A stretch of DNA of 64,000 nucleotides from Octopus sinensis (lineage: Eukaryota), in the NCBI RefSeq assembly GCF_006345805.1, contig NC_043002.1, positions 20,460,001 to 20,524,000 on the forward strand, given 5' to 3'. Shown here piece after piece: positions 47,346 through 61,200 of the stretch. The position numbers were made by a program, and so were the translations under genes. How positions within the stretch are numbered: the stretch's first letter is position 1; each line of letters opens with the position of its first letter. The notes beneath the pieces are model-generated. The model had not been told where the DNA came from and ran no database searches. It saw only the letters and a list, made by a program, of their open reading frames with translations.

Positions 47346-50244
47346 ATTGCCTATACTATCACCATTATCAATACTATCACTTTAACAATACCACTTCTCC
47401 AATTATGACTATTACTAGTATCACCACTTTCATCACTATTAGTGATAATGAAGTCCTAGATGGGATTAAGCTTATGCATAAAAATATATATTAAGAGCAA
47501 CAGAAGCATTATTAATTCCAAAAGGTAATATTTATCCCCACTTAAGAATGGATGTTGTGTTAGAACACAGAATACTGCAATAATTACTGCAAGAGAACCT
47601 CTCATATAAACTTTTGGTGCATATAAGCACTCTTGTGTATATCATTAGCAAGAGATAATCAGCTGCCATTGTCACTGGGACTACTAGATCACGTGATTTC
47701 AGTCCTCCTTGGCCTTGTCAGTGGTAGACACCTGAAAACTGGAGATAGTGATTTCTCCACTAGCAGCTCTAGTGTTGCAAATAGCCAGTTGGCATATTAA
47801 AAAATAATTGTAACAAAAGCAGTATTAATATCACTTAATAGTGGATGTCATGTCAGAACATAGAATACTGCGATAGTTTCTATGAGAGAATGTCTCAAAT
47901 GGAACTCAGAAAGCATACTGGCCAAAAGACAAGTTGATCAGAAGACATAGTTCTAATGTGGTTTAACTCACAAGTGAGGACATAGAAACACCTGGGTTGT
48001 TGTCCAGATGCATTATAAGACTTCCCAGAGTAGATGGAACTCTATGTGCCTTGGTTAGCAGTCCATCTAGTGTCAGTGTCTGGTCTTATTGAACAGGTGC
48101 AAATCGGGAGCAACACACTAGGAAACAAATAATTCTGTATCAACAAACTCATTCTTGTGATGATGGAAAGAAATAATGAAACAAGAAGATACCAAGGCTA
48201 TGGGATTGTCAAAGGGAACCTTGAGGAGACCATTGAAGTGGCTATGGTCAGACATGGCGAGTTAGAAGTGGAAGTTTTCACTGGTTGTTATCCAGTGATT
48301 GGTTCTAAGAACGCAAAATCAACTCTGTATCATTATCATCATCATCACCACCGCCACCGCCACCTGTCCATCTCCCATGCTAGCAAGGATGGAACGGTAC
48401 CACAAGAGCCAGCCAGGCCGAAGCCTGTGCCAGACATCTGTGACTGCTTTGGCAGGATTTTCACAGCTTCTCTTAGCGTAAACTCCTGAAAATGTGAATG
48501 AGCCCTGTAGGCTCAAAACACTTTTTAAGCAATTACAATTAATTATTTGATTCATTAAAAAGTGGCGAGCTGGAAGAATCACTGGTGCATTGGACAAATT
48601 CTGTTGCAGTATTTTTTCTGAGGTCCTTTACAGAGTGGACTTAGTGCTTTTTATGTTGCACAAACACAGGTGAGGTGAGTAGTGCTTTATATGTGGCACA
48701 AGCACAGGCAAAGTCAGTTTTGGCAAGGTTTTTACAGCTGGATGCCCTTCCGAACACCAACCACTTTACAGGAAAAAACATGAAAGTTGAAGGTCACAAA
48801 ATGCTCTTGAGTGCATCAGTGAAATTAAAGAGATTGCTCTTGAGTGCATCAGTGAAATTAAAGCATTTTGTAAATGTGGCATTGGAGAAAAGGTTCACCA
48901 ACTTTGAAATGAAAGAGGTATGTCTGAGATTAGTACAACCCTAAATATGTGCTAAATTTGTGTAATATGGAAAAAAAGAACTTGTTTGCCATCATAGACT
49001 TTAAAGAAACAAAGTGCTGTGTTGAGAGAAGATTGCAAGATTTTAATGATTCTTTTGAAGGAAGCAGCTATGAAATGTTGATGAATAATCTAGGAACACA
49101 GAGAAGGATGTGGGGAGGTGTAAGTTGTGATATGGTACAATGGAGTATACTCATAGTGACTAGCACCCCAGGTAAAGTTGGTAATAGTGGATTCCATTGT
49201 GCTTCTAGGTTGGAAACATAATTTATATAGCTTCTCTGTTCGCCTATCTCTTGGGAATGGTGGATTCCATTGTGCTTCGGGGTAATGAACTTCATTCTAC
49301 ATAGCTTGCCTGTTCACCCACATGTCAAGAATGGTAGATACCAAGCTTTAGTTACTGGAGATGGGTTACATCCTCATATATATTTTGGAGAGACTGAGTT
49401 ATTCTCTGGGAAGAATTTCATTTTCCTTTCTTTGATCTATTCAATAATATAGAAATTGATATTGCATCTGTTCTCTAAGGATTCTTGTAAAGTTGATCAG
49501 TCACCTGCTTCATGCCAAAACACAGAATCAATTATTGAATCAATTATTCTTCAAGGCTTAGTAAATATTTACAGTGTTTACATTATACTAACCAACCAAA
49601 TAATTTAATAACTTCCTTAGAGTTGAATCATAACTTATGATCATATAACTATCATCATAATTCCTCTCTACCCCCTTCAGCACATCATCATCATCATCAT
49701 AATCGTCATCATCATCATCACTGCCAGTTTTCCATGCTGGTATCAATAATGCCCCTTGTTATCCTAACTACTCTTGACCCTTTTAGCATCTCACCCCCCC
49801 CCCATTATAATTTTTCTCTACCCTCTTATCATATCATTTCCACCGTGATAATCTCTTGCTGCCTTGTTATCATAGCTCTTCCAACCTCTTTATAATCACT
49901 TTCTACCTCCAATCCCATGACATGAAACAGCCAAGTGATCAATTTCACAAAAAGCCCTTAGGGACCAGGTTCAGTATCAATCACTACTCCTTTATCATAT
50001 TATCATTACTACTTTCAAAATCCCTTTATCATATCTTCATTACTGTCATTATAATCCCATTCCTACCCCTTTATCGCATTATCAACACCATTATAATCCC
50101 ATTTTAATATCAGCTCCTTGTTATCCTGACTTCTTCCTACTCCTTTATCATATCATTACCATCATTTTAATCCCTTTCTGTCCTTTTATCATATTATCAC
50201 TTCCGTTATAATGTTACCATACCCCTTTTATCATTGTATTATCT

Positions 50245-50279
<35 letters not shown>

Positions 50280-50530
50280 CTATTATACGTACCACATTTA
50301 CCTCTCCCCCCCACACACATTTACCCACCCCTCCTGCACACAATACCACATTTAGCATCACCACAACTGACAACAACAATAATGCCTAGAGGGTGCCACA
50401 GCATAGCCCCTTGAATTTCTAGAAATAATAATAAAATCTTCCTCATACTACACTATACTTTCTTAAGTAAAGAAAAGCTAGGTTGGCTAATGCGGCTCCT
50501 AATATACAAATTAAGAGGTTAGTCATGACT

Positions 50531-52810
50531 GTTAGTTAGTTAGTTAGTTAGTTAATTTGGCTCAAAAGCAAATAGCAAGGCCATGTAGGGGGACATGGAG
50601 TTAAGTACAGGGTGGTGTTCATGTAAAGAGTTCAGGCCACTTGAGGTCCAGGGAGGCTTTGAACAAAGCGGTCGTCGGCATCTTCACCATCTCATCTGGC
50701 AGCTTGTTCCACGGATCCGCAACCCGGATGGAGAAAGCTCCTCTCTTTCGATTGAGATGAAATCGTCGCAGGTAGAGCTTTTCGGAATGACCCCGCAGCC
50801 GACGCTCTGGAGCAGGAGTGAAGAACAGCTCTTTCGAGAGGTTACACTTTCCGCTTATGATGTTGTGGGCGAGAATGAGATCACCACGGCGGCGGCGTTT
50901 TTCAAGAGAATAAAGGTCGAGCGTCCTCAGCCTTTCTTCGTAGGACAAATTTTTGAGACCATGAACCATGCGGGTAGCCAGCTTCTGGACTCTTTCGAGA
51001 TGCTGTATGTCTTTGAGGAGATAAGGAGAAGAGGCTTGAATCCCATACTCCAATATGGGTCTCACCAGCGTGACATAGAGTGGTAGGAATATGGCTGCTG
51101 TGAGCATTCCGAATGACCGTCGAATCAAGAACAGAATCCGCGTGCTTTGTTGGCAGCATGGACGCACTGGGCCGAAGGCGAAAAGGAGGAATCCACCAAG
51201 ATACCCAGGTCCTTTACCTGATCAGTCCTCTCCAGCAGCAGACGACCCGGCTCGAAATCAAGTTGAGTTGCAGGAGTAGAGCCGACAGGCAGATGACAGC
51301 ACTTTGACACGTTCAGACACAGGTCCAATCGTTAGACCACTTCCAAATTTGGTGGAGGCAACAACGAAGATCCTCTATATTACCGCGAGGAGCGACCAGT
51401 TTGATATCGTCGGCAAATAGAAGGGTGTGTTGCGTGAGGTCGTCGGGCAATCATTTATGAAGACTAAGAACAACAAGGGCCCAAGCACTGAACCTTGAGG
51501 CACGCCACTGCTCGCACTGGAGACGTCGGACCGCGAACCATTAACTTGGACTTGGAAGGAGCGATCTGAGAGGAAGGCACCAACCCATCGTACAATATCC
51601 GGATGGAAACTATATGCTTGAAGCTTGACAAGTAATAGGCAGTGGTTTACCGAGTCAAAAGCTTTGGTAAAGTCCAATAAAACGAGGATGCGCGTCACCA
51701 ATTCTTCCATTACTAGTAAGTTGGTCAAGCATGATCTCTTCGGCACGAAGCCGTGTTGGGAATCAGAGATAGAGGCTGTGTTTAGGAGGTGGAGCATCAT
51801 ACTTTTCTTAAGGATGGTTTCAAACATCTTGCTGATTATTGATGTAAGGGAAACCGGTCGGTAGTTAAGCGGGTCTTCGCGGCTCCCTTTCTTGAAAATT
51901 GGGCAGATTATCGCTGTTCTCCAGTCTGCAGGTATAACACCTGTCGCCAATGACATATTGAATAGTCGTGTTAAGGGCTCGCAGATGACCGGAGCCAACG
52001 CTTTGATAACCCGTGGGTGTATGCCGTCAGGGCCGTGACCCTTGTTGACATCGAGGCCTTGAATAACACGTTTGACTTCGTCCCGCGTGATGACCAATCG
52101 AAGCATTGGAGGTACCGATCTATCAAATGGATGGGGTTCACGACCATCATCTTCTTTGAAAATAGTTGAAAAAGCCTCGGCAAATAATTGACTCTGTTGA
52201 TAAGGGTCCTCAATCGATACGCCTGTTGAGTCTACCAACGTTGCAATCTGGTTGTTCAAGCGGGAATTCCGCTGGACATGGGCAAAGAAGGTTTTTGGAT
52301 TGCTACTGGCATTTGCCGCGATTTTGTATTCATAACTGAAGTGTTCTTTCTTTTCAATTTTCACGGCTCGGTCTCGTTGAGTTTTGTACACCTCAAAAGC
52401 TGCAGTCGAATCCAGATTTTTGAATTCAGCCCAAGCAATATCTCTGAGTCGACGTTCTCGTTTAACCTTCTTCGTCACCCAGGGCTTGTGTTTCTTCTTC
52501 TTGGGAAGCCCAACGGGAACTGCCTGGTCAGTCAAACAGATTACATATGCTTTGAGGGATGACCATAGTTCGTCAACTGAGGACAACGTCATCAGGGATC
52601 GCCAGTCCAGAAGCGCGGAAGCCTCGGTTAGAATTTCAAGATTAATTGCAGAGAAGACTCTACATGGCAGCGAAGTAGTCGTGGGCGTAGAAAAAGTTGT
52701 GTGCATGACGAACTTCAGGACCGCATGATCACTCTTGGCAAGAGGGGCGCACACAGATACGTCTGACACTGATCTTGGATAGCGGGAGACTGGAGTGTCT
52801 TTGATCACAG
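50531..52810 (-). mobile_element. Young CR1-like LINE, 2.3 kb 5'-truncated ORF2 with a few frameshifts
   Basis: SDH (APE end), KGHGPDGIHPR, PIFKKGSR..NYRPVSLTS, QHGF, LDFTKAFDSV, GVPQGSVLGPLLF, FADD in a shifted frame; (TAAC)n tail. Confidence 0.94.
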
Positions 52811-52959
52811 TAGCCCACCCAGGTTTACTTAGAGCTAAAAGAAAAGTAAAATAAACTGGTACTCTGTCAGTTATGATGATGAGGGTTCCAGTTGATCCGA
52901 TCAGTGGAACAACCTGCTTGTGAAATTAATGTGTAAGTGACTGAGTGCTTTACAAGCAT

Positions 52960-53257
52960 GTTTGTTTGTTCCTTCTCGAGCCATGCCTGGCTCATAAGGG
53001 CCGGTTTCCTTGGCGTATAGGTTCCCCACCAGGACGGGATGCTGGTCCATCGCAGGTGAGCTGCAAGATACAGGAGGAAAGAGTGAGAGAAAGTTGTGGC
53101 GAAAGAGTCAGCAGAAGTTCGCCATTACCTTCTGCCGGAATCGCGTGGAGCTTAGGTGTTTCGCTCATAAACACACACATCGCCCGGTCTGAGATTTGAA
53201 CCTGCAATCCCTCAACCACGAGTCTGCTGCTCTAACCACTAGGCCATGTGCCTCCAC
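52960..53257 (-). mobile_element. tRNA-derived SINE nested in another SINE (52855-53485)
   Basis: Plus strand ..GATTTGAACCTGC..CTCTAACCACTAGGCCATGTGCCTCCAC; host resumes TTTACAAACATGTG, echoing TTTACAAGCATGTT on the left. Confidence 0.7.
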
Positions 53258-53522
53258 TTTACAAACATGTGTATCCTTAACATAGTTCTCAGGGAGATTC
53301 AGTGTGACATGGAAAGTGGCAAGGTCGGACCGAAATACAAGTCCTACTCATTTTTGCCAGCCGAGTCAACTGGAGCAACATGAATATGTACCTTGCTGAA
53401 GGACACAATGTGCTACTGGGGATTGAACTCAGGGCCTTATGATTGTGAGCCAAATACCCCTAACCACTAAGCCATATGCTTTCACCTAGAGCTAAACAGT
53501 AACAGGAACAACATCAGCACCA

Positions 53523-53993
53523 GTGGAGACACATCGGCCCAGTGGTTAGGGCAGCGGGCTTGCGGTCATAAGAGCGCAGTTTCGATTCCCAGATTGGGCA
53601 TTGTGTGTGTTTATTGAGCAAAAACACCTAAGCTCCACAAGGCTCTGGCATGAGGTGGTGGTGAACCCCGCTGTACTCTTTCACTATAACTTTCTCTCAC
53701 TCTTTCTTCTTACTTCTGCCACAAAGCAGAGGAACCACGGTGTAACCCATTATGGTGTGGTAAACTTTCAGACCCTAGTCTAGACTGTGAATCCTCTGTA
53801 CCCCAGGATGGTTCAGCTCTCCACCCGTTAAAAGCCACCGTTTACGGAATGAGGATAACAATGTAGCTTTCGCGCCCATGGGTGGATCTTCAAGTTGCCA
53901 CACGCATTCATAGTAACTTAGAGTAGGCTCGAATTAGAGATTATTCTTTGTGGCTAATGGCGTGAGTCCTGATTGGAAGAAGAAGAAGAAGAA
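53523..53993 (+). mobile_element. tRNA-headed SINE with (GAA)n tail
   Basis: GGCCCAGTGGTTAGGGCAGCG..GTTTCGATTCCC head; GGAAGAAGAAGAAGAAG tail. Confidence 0.65.
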
Positions 53994-55929
53994 CACCAGC
54001 ACCATCAGACACTTATGTTTTGGTTTGATATAAAGGAGCAGCAGAAATGAGGAGTCTACACCCAAAACTCCTGAGAAAAATTGATAGAAATAGCAGCATA
54101 TCTCCCTCAAATTTCACTCTATTTTATAACTTTGTATTGGATATATAATATAATGAAGCAGGGGAAAGAAAGTATATGCACAATGTACTACTGTTCCTAT
54201 TACATGAGACTCAATGCTCTACCTCAGAGGCTCACAGTGAATTGTACCAACACAAACTCCAATCACTCACAGTTCTTTGTTTTACAACAGTGCATACTGT
54301 TCACCTTTAGTCACTTGAGGGTGGTCAAAATCCTTCCTCAACACCTTACCTTATCAAGAAAAAGAAAAAAAGGACTGTTATATTTGGGACATCTGTGATC
54401 ATAGATCTGCTAGTTCATGGCTGAACTGGGGCTAAACAACAACTACAGTACATTTCCAAGACTTCCTTAACAGGGTTCAATTCTTACCCTGATGACATGA
54501 TTCATTGGGTCCTAAATACAAATATTGCAGCGACTACTTTTAGATTCAAATCTCTGCATTCTAGGTTCAAATTGTTTAAATTGCTTGATATTATCCTTCC
54601 ATGACTTTGTGATGAGAAGTTTGCTTCCCAACCATGTGGTTCCAGGTTCAGTCCCACTGCATGACTCTTTGGGCAAAAGTCTCTTACCATAGCCTTGAGC
54701 CAACCAAGGCCCTATGAGTGGATTTGGTAGATGGAAACTGAAAGAAGCCCATTGTATATCTGTGTGTGTCTTTGTATCTGTGTTTGTCCCCCACCACTAC
54801 TTGACAATTGGTGTTGGTGTTTTTATGTTCCAGTAACTTAGCAGTTTGGCAAAAGTGACTGATAGAATAAGTATTAGGCTTAGAAAAAAACAGAATTAAG
54901 GACTGGAGTCAATTCTTCAGCATGGTACTCCAGTATGGCCACAGTTTAATGACTGAAACAATTGATAAAATAGGCACTATCACCATCATCACTATCATCA
55001 CCTCCACCATCACCACCACCACCATTATGACCACCAATGCCACCACCATCACCAACAACAACACCACCACCATCACTACCAACAAAAGTACCATCACCAC
55101 CATCATCATCATCACAATGACCAGCAACATCACCGAAGTTACCACTACTGCTTCCCACATTCACCACCATAACCACCACCATCACTACCAAACACAAGCA
55201 TCATCATCACCAGTACCATCACCACCATCATCACAATTATCACTACTGCTTTCCACATTCATCACCATAACCAGCATCACCACTACCACCACCACCATTC
55301 CACCATACCATCAGCACCTCTATACTAGCTGTACCACCACCAGCACCACTTCCACCATCTTACCCCTACCACTGTTGCCACCACCACCACCACCAAACCC
55401 TCTACTGTTCCCTCCAATAAAAACTTCAATGATGTGTAAAGTGTGAAGCTTTAAAATAAAGAGAGGACTATGGAGAGGATGGGGGGAGGTGAGGCTATTA
55501 ATGTTGGCAGGTGTTCAATTAATAGCCACAGCTGTTGTTAACATGATGTGTCATTCTTGGTGGTGGTTAACCATATGTTGTAGGGGATGGCGATGGAATA
55601 GGTAGGGAAGAAGGATGGCTTGGGAATGTTATAAATGGTTGGTTGTTCTGCTTTATTGTTAGTGTGATATAGCCCCAGGTTAACCCTCATGCAGCAGATC
55701 TGTGATCAAAGACTTTCCAACTGTGACCATTCTGTTTTTTTTTACCCATCTGCAGCAAATGCAGAATCACATTATTCTATGTGTTCTTTTCTAAGATGTT
55801 AGGGTGTGATTTAAGGGTGGTTTGGCTGCTATTTCTAGCAAGTTGAGTGGCCACGTAGAGAGACTCTTTCACTGGTACCCTTAGATAGTTGACCATGTGT
55901 CTATATGTGTGTGTATATTTGTATGTGTA

Positions 55930-55964
<35 letters not shown>

Positions 55965-56475
55965 CATGAGGGGTAGGTGTTGAGGTCTTGAAGGGGTGGA
56001 AAGATGAGTGTGTGTGTGTCGATGGGGGGGGGGAGCATTGGTGGATGTGTGAGGGGATGGGTAAGATATGCTGTCAGAGTTGGGGTGGATGGACTAAGGC
56101 AGTCCCTATGGAAGTTGGAAGAGTGGATTCTGTGATGTGAAGCATGAAGGGATTATATTGTGTGTGTGGTTAGGGGAGTTATTGTGTTGTATAGGGGTGG
56201 GTATGGGTAGATGAATGGGATGCATGGTTATGGATTGGAGTGTCATGTGATGTTGAGGGTGGCGTTGGTTGGTCAGGTGGATCAATGATTTGGGAGTGAC
56301 AGGAAGAAATGAGAGGTTTGTGTGTGTTTGTGTGTGTGTGTGTGTGTGCGTGCATGTGTGTGAGTGAATGAGTGTGTGTGTGTGTGAGTGAGTGTGTGTG
56401 TGTGTGTGTGTGTGTGAGTGAGTGAGTGAGTGTGTGTGAGTGAGTGAGTGAGAGTGTGTGTGTGTGTGTGTGTGT

Positions 56476-56508
<33 letters not shown>

Positions 56509-56904
56509 ATCCTTCCAACTTCCTCATCAAAACACATTGTTGCTATTATTGCCACCACCTACAACAAAAATACTACCAAGGAAATAACATTAAGTTACAT
56601 CATCACCATCATCATCATCATCTTCATCATCATCATCATCATCATGACTATTATAAATAATGTCATTATATACTAAGGAGAGAGCTTCTATTATATGGTC
56701 GCTTGACTTGCTGAAAGTAGCAGTCAAATCTTCTTCAAACCACATTCTGCCATTTTGAGTAAGGCAAGGACACATTATGTACTCTTAAAAGAGCAGGATG
56801 GTCACGGTTGGAATGTCTTTTAGGTTTGACATAAGGCTAAACAAGATTGTCATCACCATTACCATCAATGTCATCATCATCATTATCATCATTACTCTTA
56901 TAAA

Positions 56905-57300
56905 CAAGGTGTAAGAGTGGCTGTGTGGTAAGTAGCTTGCTTACAAACCACATGGTTCCAGGTTCAATCCCACTGCATGGCACCTTGGGTAAGTGTCCTC
57001 TACTATAGCCTCGGGCTGACCAAAGCCTTGTGAGTGGATTTGGTAGACTGAAACTGAAAGATGCTCGTCGTATATATATGTATGTGTGTGTGTATGTTTG
57101 TGTATTTGTGTTTGTCCTCCAACATTGCTTGACAACTGATGCTGGTGTGTTTACGTCCCCGTAACCTAGCGGTTCAGCAAAAAGAGACCAATAAAATAAG
57201 TACTAGGCTTACAAAGAATAAGTCTGGGTCGATTTGCTCGACTCAAGGCGGTGCTCCAGCATGGCGACAGTCAAATGACTGAAACAAGTAAAGAGAGTAA
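56905..57300 (+). mobile_element. tRNA-derived SINE
   Basis: Same family as 33072; further copies at 54590-54965 (+), 59510-59870 (-) and 61665-62090 (-). Confidence 0.85.
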
Positions 57301-58653
57301 GCTGATAAGGAAAGCTTACATGGTTGCTTGACATGCTAGAAATAGCAGCTAAATCCTCCTCAAATCACACTCCACTTCTCATACGAAAAAGGACAGGTTA
57401 GATAATGTAGTCCTAGACACACTGTTATCATCATCATCATCGTCATCATAATCATTTTAATGTCCATTTTCTGTGTAGGCATAGGTCATATGAAATTTGT
57501 GGATGACTTTTTTCCAAGCAGGTTAATATTTCCACCCCCACCCACAATGGCTGGACATGTTTCCGCAGATGACCAGAAATGAGAGACACCACTTGTATGG
57601 CAGTGCCACTTGCTATATCTATTACATGATGTCCAAACATCATACTCTACTGGTCTTATAAAAAAAACCGCCATATTACAGAATATGGTCCAGTAGTTAG
57701 AGTATCAAGCTTACAATTGTGAGTTCGATTCCTGAATTGGGCTGTGTATTGTGTTCTTGAGCAAGACACTTTATTTCACGTTGGTCCAGTTCACGTAGCT
57801 TTAGAAATGAGTTGCGACATCAATGGTGCCAAGCTATATCAGCCTTTGCTTTTCCCATTGAGGTCGCTAGTGCTGCTAGACTGGCTCCTGTACAGATGGC
57901 ACGTAAAAAGCACCATTTCAGTGTGGCCGTTGCCAGTACTGCCAGACTGGCCCTCATGCTGGTGGCACGTAAAAGCACTCACTACACTCTGAGAGTGGTT
58001 GGCATTAGGAAGAGCATCCAGCTGTAGAAACTCTGCCAGATCAGTTTGGAGCCTGGTTCAGCCATCTGGTTTGCAAGACCTCAGTCAAATCGTCCAACCC
58101 ATGCTAGCATGGAAAGCGGATGTTAAACGATGATGATGATGATGATGAACATTGGTGGCATAGAGAGGGAAGACTGGTATACATGAGCGACTGCCGGTTT
58201 TCCATAAACAACCTTGCTTGGACTTGTGCCTTGGAGGGTAGCTTTCTATGTACAATCCCATGGTCATTCTTTACTTTTTTTACACATGGTTACTTAACTG
58301 GGGACTACAGCTGCCGCTGCTTATAATTGCTTATGGAGAGAGAGAGAGAGAGAGAGGGGATACATGAGATGACAGAGAGGGTAAATATTCTTTGTGGGAT
58401 GATCGCCTCATTCAAAGTTTTGAATTTGAATTTCTGTATTCATTTTACATTTTGAACTTGAAAAAGACAGGCAAGCTGTTGAAATATCGTTCAAACCAAC
58501 AAACAATCTATTTTAATTGCATTGTGCTCTTCGTATTGTCTATTTACCTTTGTGAAGAATTACAGCAACCCTTTTTAGAAAAAGATAATAAAATAATAAT
58601 AATAATATAATAATAATAATAATAATAATATAATAATAATAATAATTATAATA

Positions 58654-58798
58654 AGGCATCTCAAAGCGACTACAGTACCAGTGATTGTAGGATCTCTAGA
58701 AATGATAAAAAAAGGTACTGAAACCTATTTGAAAATGATACCAGGCTTACTATCCCTACAGGAAGTCCAAAAAGTCTTGTTAACTGGAACGGCTCAAG
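58654..58798 (+). mobile_element. Fragment of the restriction-like endonuclease C-terminus of an R2/R4-type LINE
   Basis: HLKATTVPVIVGSLEMIKKG..IPG..LQEVQKVLLTGTAQ resembles the PVxxGxLG..QKxxLLGTA end of RLE LINEs. Confidence 0.6.
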
Positions 58799-59473
58799 TT
58801 TTCACCACTTACTGCATTCCCCTTCCCCACTCTCTATTCACGCTTCTTTGGCAATGTCCTGTCACTTACATTAAGACCTTTGAACCTCAAGGGTTTGCCC
58901 TGGCACTTTTCCACCATCTTTATCCTGCTGCCTTCCATCCTCTCTCTCCTTCTCCTGTGCTTCCCTCAGATTGGGTAGCCATGTACCTCCTTTACGGCAA
59001 CTCACCTGTTTCTGTCCTCATTCCTGATCTCTCTCTCTCTCTCTCTGGCTGGGTAACCTTGTACTTCCTCTACAGTAAGACACCTGTTCCTGTCTCTCTG
59101 TCTCACTATAACCTTTTATCATCTGAAACAAGATCACCTCCTCTCTCAAATGATTTTTGCCTTGCAAGTTACTTGGTGACCCTGTCAGAGCAGGTGCCAC
59201 TTAAAAAGCATCCAGTCCACACTGTAAAGTGGTTGGCTTTTGGAAGGGCATCCAGCTGTAAAAACCTTGCCAAAACTGACCTTACCTGTGCTTGTGCCAT
59301 GTAAAAACCATTCAGTCCACTCTGCTGGGTAGTTGCTGTTAGGAAAGGAAGCCAGTCATAAAAACCCTGCCAAAACAGACACAGACATCTCATGCAGGCT
59401 TCCGCCAGGCCAGCTCCTGTCAAACCGTCCCTCCTATGCCACCATGGAAGGCAGACATTAAATGATGATGATG

Positions 59474-59513
<40 letters not shown>

Positions 59514-60859
59514 ATTTGTTTCAGTCATGTGACAGCGGCCATGCTGGAGCACCACCTTTAGTTGAACAAATCGATCCCAGAACTTATTCTTTGTAAGCCT
59601 AGTACTTATTCTATTGGTCTTTTTTGCTGAACTGCTCTGTTACAGAGATGTAAACACACCAACATCACCAAGTACTAGTGGGGGACAACACACACACACA
59701 CACACATACATACATACGATGAGCTTCTTTCAGTTACCAAATCCACTCACATGGCTTTGGTTGGCCCGAGGCTACAGTAGAAGACACTTGCCCAAGGTGC
59801 CACGTAGTGGGACTGAACCTGGAACCATGTGGTTGGGAAGCAAGCTTCTTACCACACATCCACTCTGCGCCTATGTATATTATATGTGTAGTTACCCTGG
59901 TTAAGTAATCTCTAAATTTATAGTCTCAACCCTCTTATCACTACTACCTCTGGCCGTCTATCACCAGTACTACTACTCCAACTGTCTCAGTCATCTCTAA
60001 TACATCATCTCCATCACCACCAGCTCTGCAACTACCTTCACCCACACTGCCATCATCACCACCATCATTGTCAAGCAAACCTACTACTACTACTACTACT
60101 ACTACTACCATTAACACCCACCATGATTATCTTTCTCATCATCATCATCATTATCATTAACATAATCCTGACAGCCACCATCACCATGTACATCAGCTCC
60201 TTTCTACATCACCACTGCAACCACCTATGTCAACACCATTAATCTCATCATGATCACTACCATCACCATTACAACCACCACCACCACCACCACCATCACC
60301 ACCACCATCATCATCATTACTACCATCACCACCATCACCTACATCATTATCACCTACTAACACCACTACCACCATCACCATCATCATCATCATTGTCACC
60401 ACTGCTACCATTACATCATATCGCCATCATCTTGATCACCATCACCACATTATCCCAGTACCAACAATATTGTCGTAGAAAATGTCAGTGAAGTGACTTT
60501 GACATTTATCAACTCACTCCTTCTCTCCTACTCTCACTCTCCCCACCACTTCATCTTTATTTCTCTCTCTCCTGTAAGCGTAATAAACACAAACACACAC
60601 ATACCAACACACACTCATGCACACATACCTGTGCATACCCAACTGGTACTCGGTTGGTTATAACGACAAGTGTTCCAGTCGGTCCGATCAATGGAACAGC
60701 CTGCTTGTGAAATTGGCTGAGCAATCCACAAACACATATACCCTTAATGCAGGGACACAGAGTTTGACAAGGGTGGCCTTTTGTAAAACAAGTACTACAC
60801 ATGTTTACCAGCTGAGTGGACAGGAGCAACATGAAATGTACTGTGCAATATTTTTAAGA

Positions 60860-61200
60860 TCATCATCATCATTGTTTAACGTCCGTTTTCCATGCTAGCA
60901 TGGGTTAGACGGTTCAACTGGGGTCTGGTAAGCCAGGAGGCTGCACCAGGCCCAGTCCAATCTGGCAGTGTTTCTACAGCTGGATGCCCTTCCTAACACC
61001 GACCACTCCATGAGTGTAGTGGGTGCTTTTTACGTGCCACCGGCACAGGTGCCAGACAAAGCTGGCAGTGGCCACGATTGGATGGTACTTTTTACGTGCC
61101 ACCGGCACGGAGGCCAGTCGGGGTGGCACTGGCAATGGCCACATTCTTATGGTTCTCTTACGTGCCACCGGCACTGGTATCACAACTACAATTTCCATTG
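60860..61200 (-). mobile_element. RTE LINE 3' fragment
   Basis: Reverse complement of the RTE terminus plus three 3' UTR monomers; another copy at 57868-58146 (+). Confidence 0.8.

Noticed and set aside
53523-53600. tRNA gene
   Set aside because: A/B-box-like head runs into a SINE body and tail; no clean cloverleaf.
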